Positions 29,065 to 38,611 of a DNA stretch of 64,000 nt are shown piece by piece (the stretch's first letter is position 1; every line of letters starts with the position of its first letter). Under the pieces are notes generated by a model, which worked only from the letters and a program-made list of their open reading frames with translations, had not been told where the DNA came from and did no database searches. Source of the stretch: an uncultured Candidatus Rokubacteria bacterium (GTDB lineage Bacteria; Methylomirabilota; Methylomirabilia; Rokubacteriales; CSP1-6); NCBI GenBank assembly GCA_963758635.1, contig CAVWWD010000006.1:360180-424179 (forward strand), written 5' to 3'. A program made the translations under genes and the position numbers.

Positions 29065-30591
29065 ATGGCCATCGCGACTGAGCACTATCGTGCGTACGTT
29101 CCCCGGCCCTTCACCGCCGCGGAGCGCGACACGACGACGATCCTGTTCGGCGGGCTCCACTGGCGCATCGAGCGCATCCTCCAGGCCGTGCTCGAGGCCA
29201 AGGGCCTGCGCGCGCAGGTGCTGCCCGTCGCCACCAAGGAGGATCTGCTCACCGGCCGCGAGGTCGCGGACATCGGCCAGTGCTGCCCGACCAGCTTCAC
29301 GACGGGGAACCTGGTCAACTTCCTCAAGAAGGAAGCGAAGCAGATCGGGGCGGAGGAGGTCTCGAAGAAGTTCGTGTACCTCACCGCGGGCTCCTGCGGC
29401 GCCTGCCGCTTCGGCCAGTACCACCAGAGCTACGAGCTGGCGCTGCGCAACTCGGGGCTCGGCGCGTTCCGGATGTTCCTGATGGCCCAGGACCAGATGG
29501 ACCAGAAGGACCAGATGGGCGACGGCCTCGACCTGGACCTGCCGATGACGCTCGGGTGCCTCTGGGGCATCTTCTGCACCGATCTCGTGCAGGACCTGGA
29601 GTACCAGGTGCGCCCCTACGAGGTGACGCCGGGGCAGACCGACGCGGTGGTGAAGGACTGCGTGGAGTACCTCTACGAGCTCTTCCGCGCGCGTCCCCGC
29701 TACGGCACGTGGCGCTCGCTCGGCTGGCACCTCACCACGCGCTACTTCACGCGCGCGATGCGGGAGATCCGGCGCCGGTTCGACGCGATCGAGGTGGATC
29801 GGCTGCGCGTGAAGCCCACGGTCAAGATCACCGGCGAGTTCTACCTGCAGACGGTGGAGGGCGATCCCAACTACAACATCCATCGCTGGCTCGAGGCCGA
29901 GGGCGCGGAGGTCTATCCCGCGGCCATCACGGTGTGGATGGACTACCTGCTGCGCCTCGGGCTCCAGCGCTTCGAGGACTACTCGGGCATCGAGAAGGGC
30001 GCGCGGTGGAAGCTGAGGGCGGGCCGCGCCGCCCAGGCCATCTACCGCTGGACCTACGCGCGCCTGCGCCGCGCCATGGGCGACCTGCCCCACGAGCTGC
30101 CGCACCAGCTCGAGCTCCGGCGGCTCGCCGCGCCGTGGTTCAACAGCCGCCTCGACGGCGGCGAGGGCGACATGCTGGTGGGCAAGGCCCTGTGGGCGCA
30201 CCACCGGAAGAAGGCCCACATGATCTGCGAGCTGTCGCCCTACTCGTGCATGCCCAACACGATGAGCGTGGGCGCGATGGCCGGCGTCATCGGCCGCCAC
30301 CCCGACCTCCTCTACGCCCCCCTCGAGATCAAGGGCGACGCCGAGGTCCACGCCCTGTCGCGCTGCCAGATGATCCTCACCGAGGCGAAGAAGCGCGCCC
30401 AGCGCGAGTTCGACGACGTCCTCGCCCGGACCGGCCTCACCGTGGACGAGGTCCGCGACTACGCGGAGCGCCATCCCGAGATGAAGCGCGCGACCTACCA
30501 CGTGCCGCACACCGGCGAGGCCGCCGGCACCGCGGCCTGCTTCGTGCTCCACGTGGCGCGGCGCATGGGCCGCCGCGCGGCCGCGGCATGA
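29065..30591 (+). CDS. 2-hydroxyacyl-CoA dehydratase activase-associated Fe-S protein
   Basis: GQCCPTSFTTGNL, GSCGACRFGQY, ITGEFY, SPYSCMPN. Confidence 0.8.
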   Translation: MAIATEHYRAYVPRPFTAAERDTTTILFGGLHWRIERILQAVLEAKGLRAQVLPVATKEDLLTGREVADIGQCCPTSFTTGNLVNFLKKEAKQIGAEEVSKKFVYLTAGSCGACRFGQYHQSYELALRNSGLGAFRMFLMAQDQMDQKDQMGDGLDLDLPMTLGCLWGIFCTDLVQDLEYQVRPYEVTPGQTDAVVKDCVEYLYELFRARPRYGTWRSLGWHLTTRYFTRAMREIRRRFDAIEVDRLRVKPTVKITGEFYLQTVEGDPNYNIHRWLEAEGAEVYPAAITVWMDYLLRLGLQRFEDYSGIEKGARWKLRAGRAAQAIYRWTYARLRRAMGDLPHELPHQLELRRLAAPWFNSRLDGGEGDMLVGKALWAHHRKKAHMICELSPYSCMPNTMSVGAMAGVIGRHPDLLYAPLEIKGDAEVHALSRCQMILTEAKKRAQREFDDVLARTGLTVDEVRDYAERHPEMKRATYHVPHTGEAAGTAACFVLHVARRMGRRAAAA

Positions 30592-32789
30592 AGCTGGTCG
30601 GCGTCAACGTCGGGTCCACCACGGTCAAGGCGGCGGTGGTGGAGGACGGCCGCGCGGGCTGGCAGGACTACCAGCGCCACGGGACGCGGCAGGCCGAGAA
30701 GGTCCTGGAGTTCCTCGACCGCATGGAGGCGGAGGCCGGCCTCACCCCCGGGCGCGACCGCGTCTTCTTCACCGGCTCCGGCGCGGGGCTCATCGCGCCC
30801 CTCGTGGGCGCGAAGGCCATCCAGGAGGTCGTGGCGGTGGCGGCGTGCGTGGAGCGCCTCCATCCCGGCGTGCGCTTCGTCTCCGAGATCGGCGGCGAGG
30901 ACATGAAGACGATCTTCTTCACGCCGGCCGGGACGGGCACCGGGGATACGGGGAAGTCCAAGCAGGTCTACATGCAGTCGGCGTGCAGCGGCGGCACCGG
31001 CACCTTCATCGAGAAGACGGCGCGCAAGCTCCAGGTGACGGGCGAGCAGCTCGCGGCCATGGCCTACGCGGGCATGAGCCTCCACAAGATCAGCTCCAAG
31101 TGCGGCATCTTCGCGGAGACCGACGCGAACACGCTGGTGAAGACCGGCGTGCCCGTCGAGGAGATCATCGCGAGCCTCTTCGAGGCCGTCGTCTACCAGA
31201 ACCTCGCCACGCTCACCAAGGGCAACACGCCGCTCCCCGAGGTGCTGCTCCTCGGCGGGCCCAACCTGTTCTTCGCCGGGCTCCAGGAGGCGTGGCGCCA
31301 CCACCTGACGAAGCTCTGGGCCCAGCGCCGCGTCGAGCTGCCCGAGGGGCGCGACCCGGCCTCGCTGATCACCGTGCCCGCCGAGGCGCTCTACTACGCC
31401 TGCCTCGGCTGCGTGGAGATCGGGGGCGCCGAGGCCGCGGACGTCGGCGTGTACCAGGGGCGCGACCGGCTCCGCTGGTGGATCGACGAGGGCCAGCACG
31501 AGGAGAAGGCCAAGGCGGGCGCGCGCGGCCTGATCGCGGGATCGGGCGACCTCCGCGTGTTCACCGAGGCGTACGCGCAGCCGGCCGCGGGCGCCGGGGC
31601 CGCCGCGGCGTGCTCGCCGGCGCAGGCCACCCAGGTGCTCCTGGGCTGCGACTTCGGCAGCACCACCGCCAAGGCCGTGGTGCTCTCGCCGGAGCGCGAT
31701 CTCCTCTTCAGCTGCTACGCGCTCTCGAAGGGCAACCCCATCGAGGACGCGCAGGCCCTCTTCCGCCAGGTGCGCGAGGCCGGCTTCACCGACGTGGCCG
31801 GGCTGGCCCTCACCGGCTACGGCAAGGACCTGCTGCGCGACGTGCTCGGCGCCGACGTGGCGGTGGTGGAGACGGTGGCCCACGCCACCGCCGCCCTCCA
31901 CTACTACTCGGACGCCGACGTGATCTGCGACGTGGGCGGCACCGACGTGAAGATCATGATCCTGCGGCAGGGCACGGTGGCCGACTTCCGGCTGAACTCG
32001 CAGTGCTCGTCGGGCAACGGCGCGTTCCTCCAGGGCGTGGCCGAGCGCTACAACGTGCCGCTCGAGCAGTACGCGGATCGCGCCTTCGAGGCCAAGGCCA
32101 TGCCCGCGCTCGCCATGGGCTGCGGCGTGTTCCTCCAGTCCGACATCGTGAACCAGCAGCGCAAGGGCTGGTCGGCCGAGGAGATCATGGCCGCGCTCGC
32201 CGCCGTGCTGCCCGTCAACGTGTGGATCTACGCCGGCCAGCTCCAGAACCTGCGCGCGGCGGGGCGGAAGTTCGTGCTCCAGGGCGGCACGCACCGGAAC
32301 ATGGCGGTGGTGAAGGCGCAGGTGGACTTCATCAAGGGCAAGGTCCCCGAGGCGGAGGTGGTGCTGCACCCGTACTCCGGCGAGGCGGGGGCCATCGGCG
32401 CCGCGCTCTGCGCGGCCGACTGGCGCGCCGCGGGCGGCGACACGCGCTTTCGCGGCTTCGACACCATCGAGGCGCTCACCTACACGAGCACGACGGCGGC
32501 GGAGACGGTCTGCAAGTGGTGCCCGATCAACTGCACGCGCACGTTCATCGACGTGAAGCTGCCGGGCGCGGCGGGGCGGCCGTGGAGCAAGCTGCCGCTC
32601 GCCCCCGGCCACGAGCGGGTGATCAGCGGCAACTCGTGCCCCAAGGGGCTGGTGGAGGACGTGACCGAGCTGCGCGTGGTGAAGGCCAAGCTCGAGGAGG
32701 TCAAGCGTGGCTACCCTAACGTTGCCGAGATGGTTCGCAAGGACGCCTTCCGCCTCGTCCCCGCCGGAAACGAGGTCGTCGCGGAGTAA
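30588..32789 (+). CDS. BadF/BadG/BcrA/BcrD-type ATPase with two ASKHA activase domains
   Basis: VGSTTVKA, EIGGED, CSGGTG, KCGIFA; second domain DFGSTTAKA, DVGGTD, QCSSGNG, GCGVF; C-terminal CKWCPINC...GNSCPKG. Confidence 0.9.
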   Translation: MKLVGVNVGSTTVKAAVVEDGRAGWQDYQRHGTRQAEKVLEFLDRMEAEAGLTPGRDRVFFTGSGAGLIAPLVGAKAIQEVVAVAACVERLHPGVRFVSEIGGEDMKTIFFTPAGTGTGDTGKSKQVYMQSACSGGTGTFIEKTARKLQVTGEQLAAMAYAGMSLHKISSKCGIFAETDANTLVKTGVPVEEIIASLFEAVVYQNLATLTKGNTPLPEVLLLGGPNLFFAGLQEAWRHHLTKLWAQRRVELPEGRDPASLITVPAEALYYACLGCVEIGGAEAADVGVYQGRDRLRWWIDEGQHEEKAKAGARGLIAGSGDLRVFTEAYAQPAAGAGAAAACSPAQATQVLLGCDFGSTTAKAVVLSPERDLLFSCYALSKGNPIEDAQALFRQVREAGFTDVAGLALTGYGKDLLRDVLGADVAVVETVAHATAALHYYSDADVICDVGGTDVKIMILRQGTVADFRLNSQCSSGNGAFLQGVAERYNVPLEQYADRAFEAKAMPALAMGCGVFLQSDIVNQQRKGWSAEEIMAALAAVLPVNVWIYAGQLQNLRAAGRKFVLQGGTHRNMAVVKAQVDFIKGKVPEAEVVLHPYSGEAGAIGAALCAADWRAAGGDTRFRGFDTIEALTYTSTTAAETVCKWCPINCTRTFIDVKLPGAAGRPWSKLPLAPGHERVISGNSCPKGLVEDVTELRVVKAKLEEVKRGYPNVAEMVRKDAFRLVPAGNEVVAE

Positions 32790-33918
32790 GCTGCGCGTCG
32801 GCATCCCGCGCGTCCTGAACCTCTGGTCCACCCACCAGTTCTGGGTGGCGCTCTTCGGGGAGCTCGGCATCGAGGGGCGGCGCCTCGTCTTCTCCGGCGA
32901 CACCTCGGAGGAGCAGGGCCGCCAGTTCGGCAAGGGCCGCGGCACCGTCGACTGCTGCTACCCGGTGAAGTGCATCTCCGGCCACTACGGCGAGCTGATC
33001 TTCGGCCAGAAGGAGAAGCTCGACATCCTCTTCTCGCCGATGATCTACAACCTGCCCTCGTTCCTGTCCGGGCACGTCGCCAAGACCCTGGCCTGCCCGC
33101 GCGTCATGGCCGCGCCCGAGAACATCCGCGCCGGCTTCGTGAAGGAGCGCGACGTGTTCGCCGAGCAGGGCATCCGCTACGTGGCGCCGCTGGTGTCGCT
33201 GGACGAGCCGGCGCTCGTGCCCAAGCAGCTCTACGAGGGCCTGCGCGACGCGCTGCCCGGCCTCACCCCGGCCGAGATGGCGCGCGCGGTGGCGGCCGCC
33301 TTCCAGGCCCTCCACGCGTTCAACGCCCGCCTGCGGGCGAAGTCGCGCGAGGTGCTCGAGTGGTGCGCGCGCGAGGACCGGGCGTGCCTGATGGTCCTGG
33401 CCCGGCCGTACCACATGGATCCGGGCATCGGCCACGAGATCGAGGTGGACCTCCAGGCCTACGGCTACCCGATCCTGTGGGCGCAGTACGCGCCGACGGA
33501 CGCCGACCTGCTGGACTGGGCCTTCGGCGAGGACGTGCGCGCGGGCCACATCAAGTCGCCCTTCGACATCCGCGACGTGTGGCCGTCGTCCTACAGCTCG
33601 AACACCAACGAGATCCTGTGGGGGGCGAAGCTCGCGGCGCGGCTCCCCTGGGTGGCGTGCGTGGTGCGGCTGGCGAGCTACGAGTGCGGGATGGACCAGC
33701 CCACGTACACGCCGGTGCAGCAGATCGTCGAGCGCTCGGGCACGCTGTTCTTCTCGTTCCAGGACCTGGACTCGACCAAGCCGGCGGGCTCGGTGAAGAT
33801 CCGCGTGGAGACGATCACGCACTACCTGGAAAAGTACGCGCGCGGGATCATCGAGAAGAAGAAAGCGGCGATGCCCGCGGGCTGCCCGCTGGTGACGCCG
33901 GCGAGCGCGCCCGCCTGA
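32707..33918 (+). CDS. DUF2229-type CoA-enzyme activase-related protein
   Basis: LRVGIPRVLN, DCCYPVK...GH, LACP, LARPYHMDPG, SYECGMD. Confidence 0.82.
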   Translation: MATLTLPRWFARTPSASSPPETRSSRSKLRVGIPRVLNLWSTHQFWVALFGELGIEGRRLVFSGDTSEEQGRQFGKGRGTVDCCYPVKCISGHYGELIFGQKEKLDILFSPMIYNLPSFLSGHVAKTLACPRVMAAPENIRAGFVKERDVFAEQGIRYVAPLVSLDEPALVPKQLYEGLRDALPGLTPAEMARAVAAAFQALHAFNARLRAKSREVLEWCAREDRACLMVLARPYHMDPGIGHEIEVDLQAYGYPILWAQYAPTDADLLDWAFGEDVRAGHIKSPFDIRDVWPSSYSSNTNEILWGAKLAARLPWVACVVRLASYECGMDQPTYTPVQQIVERSGTLFFSFQDLDSTKPAGSVKIRVETITHYLEKYARGIIEKKKAAMPAGCPLVTPASAPA

Positions 33919-33997
33919 CGCGCGGGCCGGCCCCCGCCGATCGACGAGGGGTCGATCGGCTCCCGACCGAGTCGCTTCGCGTCCCCGCTGCTCCGCC

Positions 33998-34276
33998 CTA
34001 GTCCAGGTCGGAGAACACCGCCGGCACCGGCTCTCTCGAGCCGCTGCGGCGGTGGATCAGCTCGCACCAGGCGCGGTTGTCGCCGCCTCCCGCCTCCGCC
34101 GTGCCCGACAGGATCGCCTCGGTGTTCACGCGCAGGTCGTCTGTTCCCTCGCGGTCGGGAACGTGCGCGGCGCACCATTGCACGTCGAGCATCTCTCGGA
34201 GGACATCGGCATGCGGCTCGCACCCTGGGCAGTACGCGCGGGGAACCGAGGGCTTCTCAGGAGGGAAGTCCATCAC
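33998..34276 (-). CDS. Small Cys/His-rich hypothetical protein
   Basis: YCPGCEP...WCAAH...WCELIH. Confidence 0.6.
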   Translation of the reverse strand: MMDFPPEKPSVPRAYCPGCEPHADVLREMLDVQWCAAHVPDREGTDDLRVNTEAILSGTAEAGGGDNRAWCELIHRRSGSREPVPAVFSDLD

Positions 34277-34419
34277 GACCCGGGCCGGAAAGGGACCCGA
34301 AGACGGTGTCCATCCGCCCCCAGTCTACGCGCGGCTCATCCGGAACGAAGCAAACTTCGTTCGCGACCATGCCCGTCGCCCTCCTCGACCGTGCGTCGTC
34401 ACGCTGACCCACGGCGCGA

Positions 34420-37047
34420 TCATCGGTCGCCGCGGCCCCGGGGGCGCGACGCCCCCGGCTCGCGATCCGCGCCGCGGCCCGCCGGGCGCTCGCCTCGCTG
34501 CTCGATGGCGGACGCCGGCGCGGGTCGGGCCGCCGGCGGCGCCTGCGGGTTGCCGATCCGCTGACCGGGCGCGATCCTGTCCGCCCGCTCCTGGCGAGGG
34601 GCCGGCGCCGGGGCCTCGATGCGCGACGCGGCCCGCTCGCGCTCGGCCCGCGGGTCCGGTCGCTCGCTTCGGTCCTTGCCTCGCTGCTCCTGCCGCTGCT
34701 GCGGCGGCGGCTGCTGCCGCTCCTCGCGCTGATCGGCGCCCTTCGGAGGCGGCGGCGCCTGCGGAGCGATCTGGGGCTGCGGCGGGCCCGGCTGCGGCGG
34801 CCGCGCCTGCCGCTGCTGCTGCGGGTGCTGCTGGAGCTGCTGCCGCTGTTCCCGCTGATCCGGACGCTCGCTCTTCGGAGGCGGCGGCGCCGGCGGAACG
34901 ACCTGGGGCTGCGGCTGACCCGGCTGCGGCGGCCGTGCCTGGCGCTGCTGCTGTGCTGCTGCTGCTGCCGCTCTTCCCGCTGATCCGGACGCTCGCCCTT
35001 CGGAGGCGGCGGCGCCGGCGGAACGACCTGGGGCTGCGGCGGACCCGGCTGCGGCGGCCGCGCCTGGCGCTGCTGGTCCTGCCGTTGCTGCTCCTGGCGC
35101 TGCTGGTCCTGGCGGCGCACCGGGGCCGGATCGTTGGGAATCGCCGAGCGATCGTCCTTCGGCTCCGGGCGCGCGTCCCTGGGCGCCGGCGCCTGGGGCA
35201 CCGGCTGGGGCACGGGCGGCGGCGTCTGACGCACGCGCCGATCCGGCTGCGTCGTCGGCTGATCGTCCTTGCCCTGGCCGGGGCGCCGGCCGCGATCGCC
35301 GCGGTCCGGCCGCTGGCCGTCGTCGTCGCGACCCTTGCCCATGGCCGGAGCGCCGGGCGTGCCCGGAGCTCCCGGCGCCGCGGGCGGCGTCTGGCGCTCC
35401 GCGCCCGGCGCCCTGGCCTGATCGGGATCCGGGCGGCCCGACCGCTCGCCGCCAGGACGCCCAGGCTGGGCGGGCTCGGCCGCGCGCTCGCGTCCGGGAG
35501 CGCCCTTCACCGGCAGCACGCGCGGCGCGGGCGCGTTCGCGCGCTCGGGCTCGAGGCCCTGAGCGCGAAGCGCCGGCGTGTAGTCGCGTGGCGCGCGCGT
35601 CGCCACGACGGGGCGCGACTTCACGGCGTCGGGCGGCCTCTCCGCCCGGCCGGTGGCCGGGGTCATGCTGGCCGCGACCGGCCGCGCCTCCAGCCCGCCG
35701 CGCACCGGCGAGAGCTGCCGCACGTCGTCCCGCTCGAGCCGAACCGGCCGCACGTGCCCGTGGCCGAAGCGGTCGGCGGGCACGCCCACGACGGCGTTCG
35801 TCACGTTCACGTTCCGGTACACGTTGATGTTGGTCACGTTGACGGTCGTGTGCTGGTGGACCACCACGTTGTTCACGACACGCGGTCCGCCCCAGCCACC
35901 CCAGTACGGCCGACCCACGAAGCCCGGGCGACCCCACCACGGGATGACCGGCTCGCCCCAGGCGAGCGGCGCCCACGCGAGCGGCCGGCCGATGCTCACG
36001 CGGACCGGGCCACCGAGGAACACGACGAGGGCGGGAGAGTAGACCGGACGCACCACGATCGGGCCCGGCGCCCACGCCCAGTAGCTGCCGACGTAGACCC
36101 AGCGCCCGTAGTGATACGGCGCCCAGCCCCACGGCGCGTCGTCGAGCCAGGTCCACCCGTAGCGGGGGTCCCAGATCCAGCGCCCCGTCGTGTACGGTGA
36201 CCAGCCCGACGGGACCCCGGAGGGCACCCAGACGTTCCCGTAGGTCTCCACCGGGCGCCAGCTTCCATGCCGGTCGAGGTCCGCCGCGCCGTAGACGCCC
36301 GCGCCGACGTAGCGGACGCTCGCCGACTGGGCGAGGGCGTCGGTGCGCTGGTCGTTCCAGCGGTCCCACGCGGTGAGCTCGGGCGCGGCGACGAGCTGCA
36401 CGCGCGCCCCGTCGGCGCCGTTGACCACGACCTGCTGGTTGGCCGCCAGCGTCGTCGCGGTGCCGCTCGCCGGGATCACGCTCGCCTGCCCCGCGCGGTG
36501 CGCGCGGAACGTGGTGGAGTCGTCGCCCACGTCGAGCCGGTAGTAGCCGGGCGCGGTCCACGGTGAAGGCGGCGTTCGGGGTGGCCAGCTCGAGCGCCTG
36601 CCCCGGCGCCATCTCCCGCACGTCCACGCCCACGTGGCCGGCCGTGACCCGGAACTGCACGAGGTCGTCGTCCTGGTCGTCGAGCCCGATCTGCGTTCCC
36701 TCGGCCGCGCGCAGGAACGCGCGCGGGCCCACCTGGATCTCGATCGTGGTGCCGCGGCCGGCGTAGAGGACGTCGCCCGGGGCGAGCGGCGTGTTCACCT
36801 TGGCCGGCGTCCAGTCCTCGGCGCCGGGACGCCAGAAGGAGACCTCGCCGCCGTGCACGTAGCTGAGACGCGGCGGCGTCTGCTCCGACTGCGCCTGCGT
36901 CTCGCCCGGCGGCGCGGGCGGGGGAACCGCGCCCGCCGCGGGAGGAAGCGGAGGCGGCGGCGGCGGATCCGCCGCCCACGAGAAGATCGAGCCCGTCACG
37001 GTCGTGCACAGCACCAGGAGTGCGGCGACGATCGATCGTGCGTTCAT
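34420..37047 (-). CDS. Secreted FecR/DUF6600-like protein with a Pro/Gln-rich tail (compensating frameshifts near 36550 and 34955)
   Basis: Signal peptide; RLSYVHGGEVSF..NTPLAPGD; DLDRHGSW..YGNVWVP..WSPYTTGRW..PWGWAPYHYGRW. Confidence 0.85.
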   Translation of the reverse strand: MNARSIVAALLVLCTTVTGSIFSWAADPPPPPPLPPAAGAVPPPAPPGETQAQSEQTPPRLSYVHGGEVSFWRPGAEDWTPAKVNTPLAPGDVLYAGRGTTIEIQVGPRAFLRAAEGTQIGLDDQDDDLVQFRVTAGHVGVDVREMAPGQALELATPNAAFTVDRARLLPARRGRRLHHVPRAPRGAGERDPGERHRDDAGGQPAGRGQRRRRGARAARRRARAHRVGPLERPAHRRPRPVGERPLRRRGRLRRGGPRPAWKLAPGGDLRERLGALRGPVGLVTVHDGALDLGPPLRVDLARRRAVGLGAVSLRALGLRRQLLGVGAGPDRGASGLLSRPRRVPRWPGPREHRPAARVGAARLGRAGHPVVGSPGLRGSAVLGWLGRTACREQRGGPPAHDRQRDQHQRVPERERDERRRGRARRPLRPRARAAGSARAGRRAAALAGARRAGGAAGRGQHDPGHRPGGEAARRREVAPRRGDARATRLHAGASRSGPRARARERARAARAAGEGRSRTRARGRARPAWASWRRAVGPPGSRSGQGAGRGAPDAARGAGSSGHARRSGHGQGSRRRRPAAGPRRSRPAPRPGQGRSADDAAGSARASDAAARAPAGAPGAGAQGRAPGAEGRSLGDSQRSGPGAPPGPAAPGAATAGPAAPGAAAAAGSAAAPGRSAGAAASEGRASGSAGRAAAAAAQQQRQARPPQPGQPQPQVVPPAPPPPKSERPDQREQRQQLQQHPQQQRQARPPQPGPPQPQIAPQAPPPPKGADQREERQQPPPQQRQEQRGKDRSERPDPRAERERAASRIEAPAPAPRQERADRIAPGQRIGNPQAPPAARPAPASAIEQRGERPAGRGADREPGASRPRGRGDR
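34700..35110 (-). repeat. Three coding tandem repeats of about 120 bp
   Basis: QQRQARPPQPG(P/Q)PQPQ..P.APPPPK..(R)PDQRE three times. Confidence 0.85.
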
Positions 37048-37103
37048 GAGTCGGCTCCATTCCCGGCCCGGGGAGAAACGAAATGCGCAACGGCGCTGCG
37101 CGA

Positions 37104-37162
37104 GGACGCAGAATCGCGGGGTTGGCCCGCTCGCCGATGTCAAAATCCGCATTCCTTCACAT
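37104..37162 (+). repeat. Intergenic repeat family B, copy 2, between 15-bp direct repeats
   Basis: Matches the 6394 and 55753 copies; CCGGGGAGAAACGAA at 37068-37082 and 37167-37181. Confidence 0.85.
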
Positions 37163-37340
37163 CCGGCCGGGGAGAAACGAATTGGGTCGTGAGGGCCTGG
37201 TGTTCCCGGCCGGTACGCCACGTTAGACGGCTTACCCCGATCAATGTTTAGGTCTTCCATGACCCTCGAAAGGCGAAACTTTCCTGGCCCGTCGCGCGTT
37301 CCTGAGCGACCGGCCCTGCGTCCATCCCTTGCAAGCGCGG

Positions 37341-37349
37341 TGCTATAAT
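37341..37349 (+). promoter_or_regulatory. Extended -10 promoter element
   Basis: TGCTATAAT about 33 nt before ATG 37383; GGAGG RBS. Confidence 0.55.
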
Positions 37350-37382
37350 CCGCGGAACCACACGCGCCCGAGGGAGGACTCC

Positions 37383-38525
37383 ATGAAATACAACCGGATC
37401 TCCGCCGATTGCCACCTGGATCTTCCGTGGATGCCGCCCGACCTCTTCACGTCCAGCGCGTCCGCGGCGCTCAAGTCGCGCATGCCGTACGTGACCGATG
37501 GTCCGGACGGACCCCACTGGACGTGCAAGAACGGCGGGTCGTTCGGGCTCCTGAACGGCGTGGGCCCCGCGGGGGCCAAGTACATCCCGGGCCAGCACCA
37601 TCGCGTGGACATCATGGCCGGCACCGGCCTCTACGACGACGGCAAGAAGGGCATCCAGCGCGTGTCCGATCCGCACCTGCGCATCAAGGACCTCGACCGC
37701 GACGGCGTGGACGCCGAGGTCATCTACGGCATCCTCGGCGCGGCCACGCGGCTCAACGACCCCGAGGCGGCCAACGAGATGTTCCGGATCTACAACGACT
37801 GGCTGGTGGAGTTCTGCCGGCCGTATCCGGACCGGCACATCGGCCTCGCGTGCCTGCCGTACGGCGACATCCCCGCCGCGATCAACGAGGTGTACCGCGT
37901 GGCGAAGATGGGCCTGCGCGGCATGGAGCTGTCCTGCTCGTGGGACATGGAGCCGATGTGGCACCCGGTGTGGGAGCCGTTCTGGCAGGCGGTGAACGAC
38001 GTGAACCTGCCGCTTCACTTCCACACGTTCCCCGCGCTGCCCCCGGGCCAGCTCGACAAGACGACCGGCCTCACGCGCCGCGCCGCCTTCTTCACGGTGG
38101 TGTCGGGCTTCCAGATGAACCTCGTGAACATCGTGGCCGCCATCATCGGCGCCGCCGTCCTCGAGAAGTATCCGAACATCCGGATCGCGCTGGGCGAGAG
38201 CGGCATCGGCTGGCTCCCGTACGCGCTCGACCGCATGGACTTCGAGTGGGAGGACCGCTTCCGCGACCTCGGCCTCACGATGAAGCCGAGCGATTACTGG
38301 CGGCGGCAGTGCAAGGCCACGTTCCAGTTCGACCGCATCGGCACCAAGCTCATCGAGGACATGGGCCTCGAGACGCTCATGTGGGGCTCGGACTACCCGC
38401 ACGGCGACGGCGTGTGGCCGGAGTCGTCGAAGTACATCGCGGAGCAGTTCGGCCACCTGCCCGCGGACCAGACGCACAAGATCACCTGCGAGAACGCGGG
38501 GAAGTTCTACGGCCTGATCAAGTAG
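37383..38525 (+). CDS. Amidohydrolase_2 family protein
   Basis: ISADCH, DLDRDGVDAEVIY, LHFH, ESGIGW, WGSDYPH. Confidence 0.92.
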   Translation: MKYNRISADCHLDLPWMPPDLFTSSASAALKSRMPYVTDGPDGPHWTCKNGGSFGLLNGVGPAGAKYIPGQHHRVDIMAGTGLYDDGKKGIQRVSDPHLRIKDLDRDGVDAEVIYGILGAATRLNDPEAANEMFRIYNDWLVEFCRPYPDRHIGLACLPYGDIPAAINEVYRVAKMGLRGMELSCSWDMEPMWHPVWEPFWQAVNDVNLPLHFHTFPALPPGQLDKTTGLTRRAAFFTVVSGFQMNLVNIVAAIIGAAVLEKYPNIRIALGESGIGWLPYALDRMDFEWEDRFRDLGLTMKPSDYWRRQCKATFQFDRIGTKLIEDMGLETLMWGSDYPHGDGVWPESSKYIAEQFGHLPADQTHKITCENAGKFYGLIK

Positions 38526-38611
38526 CTGGCGGTCGCGGCACGGCCCGCTGCGCGGCCTCGCGGCCGACTCCCCTCGGCGGTCCTCGCGCTCGGCGGCCCG
38601 CGGCGGGTCGG

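Noticed and set aside
34700..35110. Tandem repeats as a CRISPR array
   Set aside because: Coding Pro/Gln repeats with no unique spacers and no cas genes
37190..37320. c-di-GMP or c-di-AMP riboswitch in this lower-GC intergenic stretch
   Set aside because: Only fragmentary resemblance; the consensus cores could not be matched
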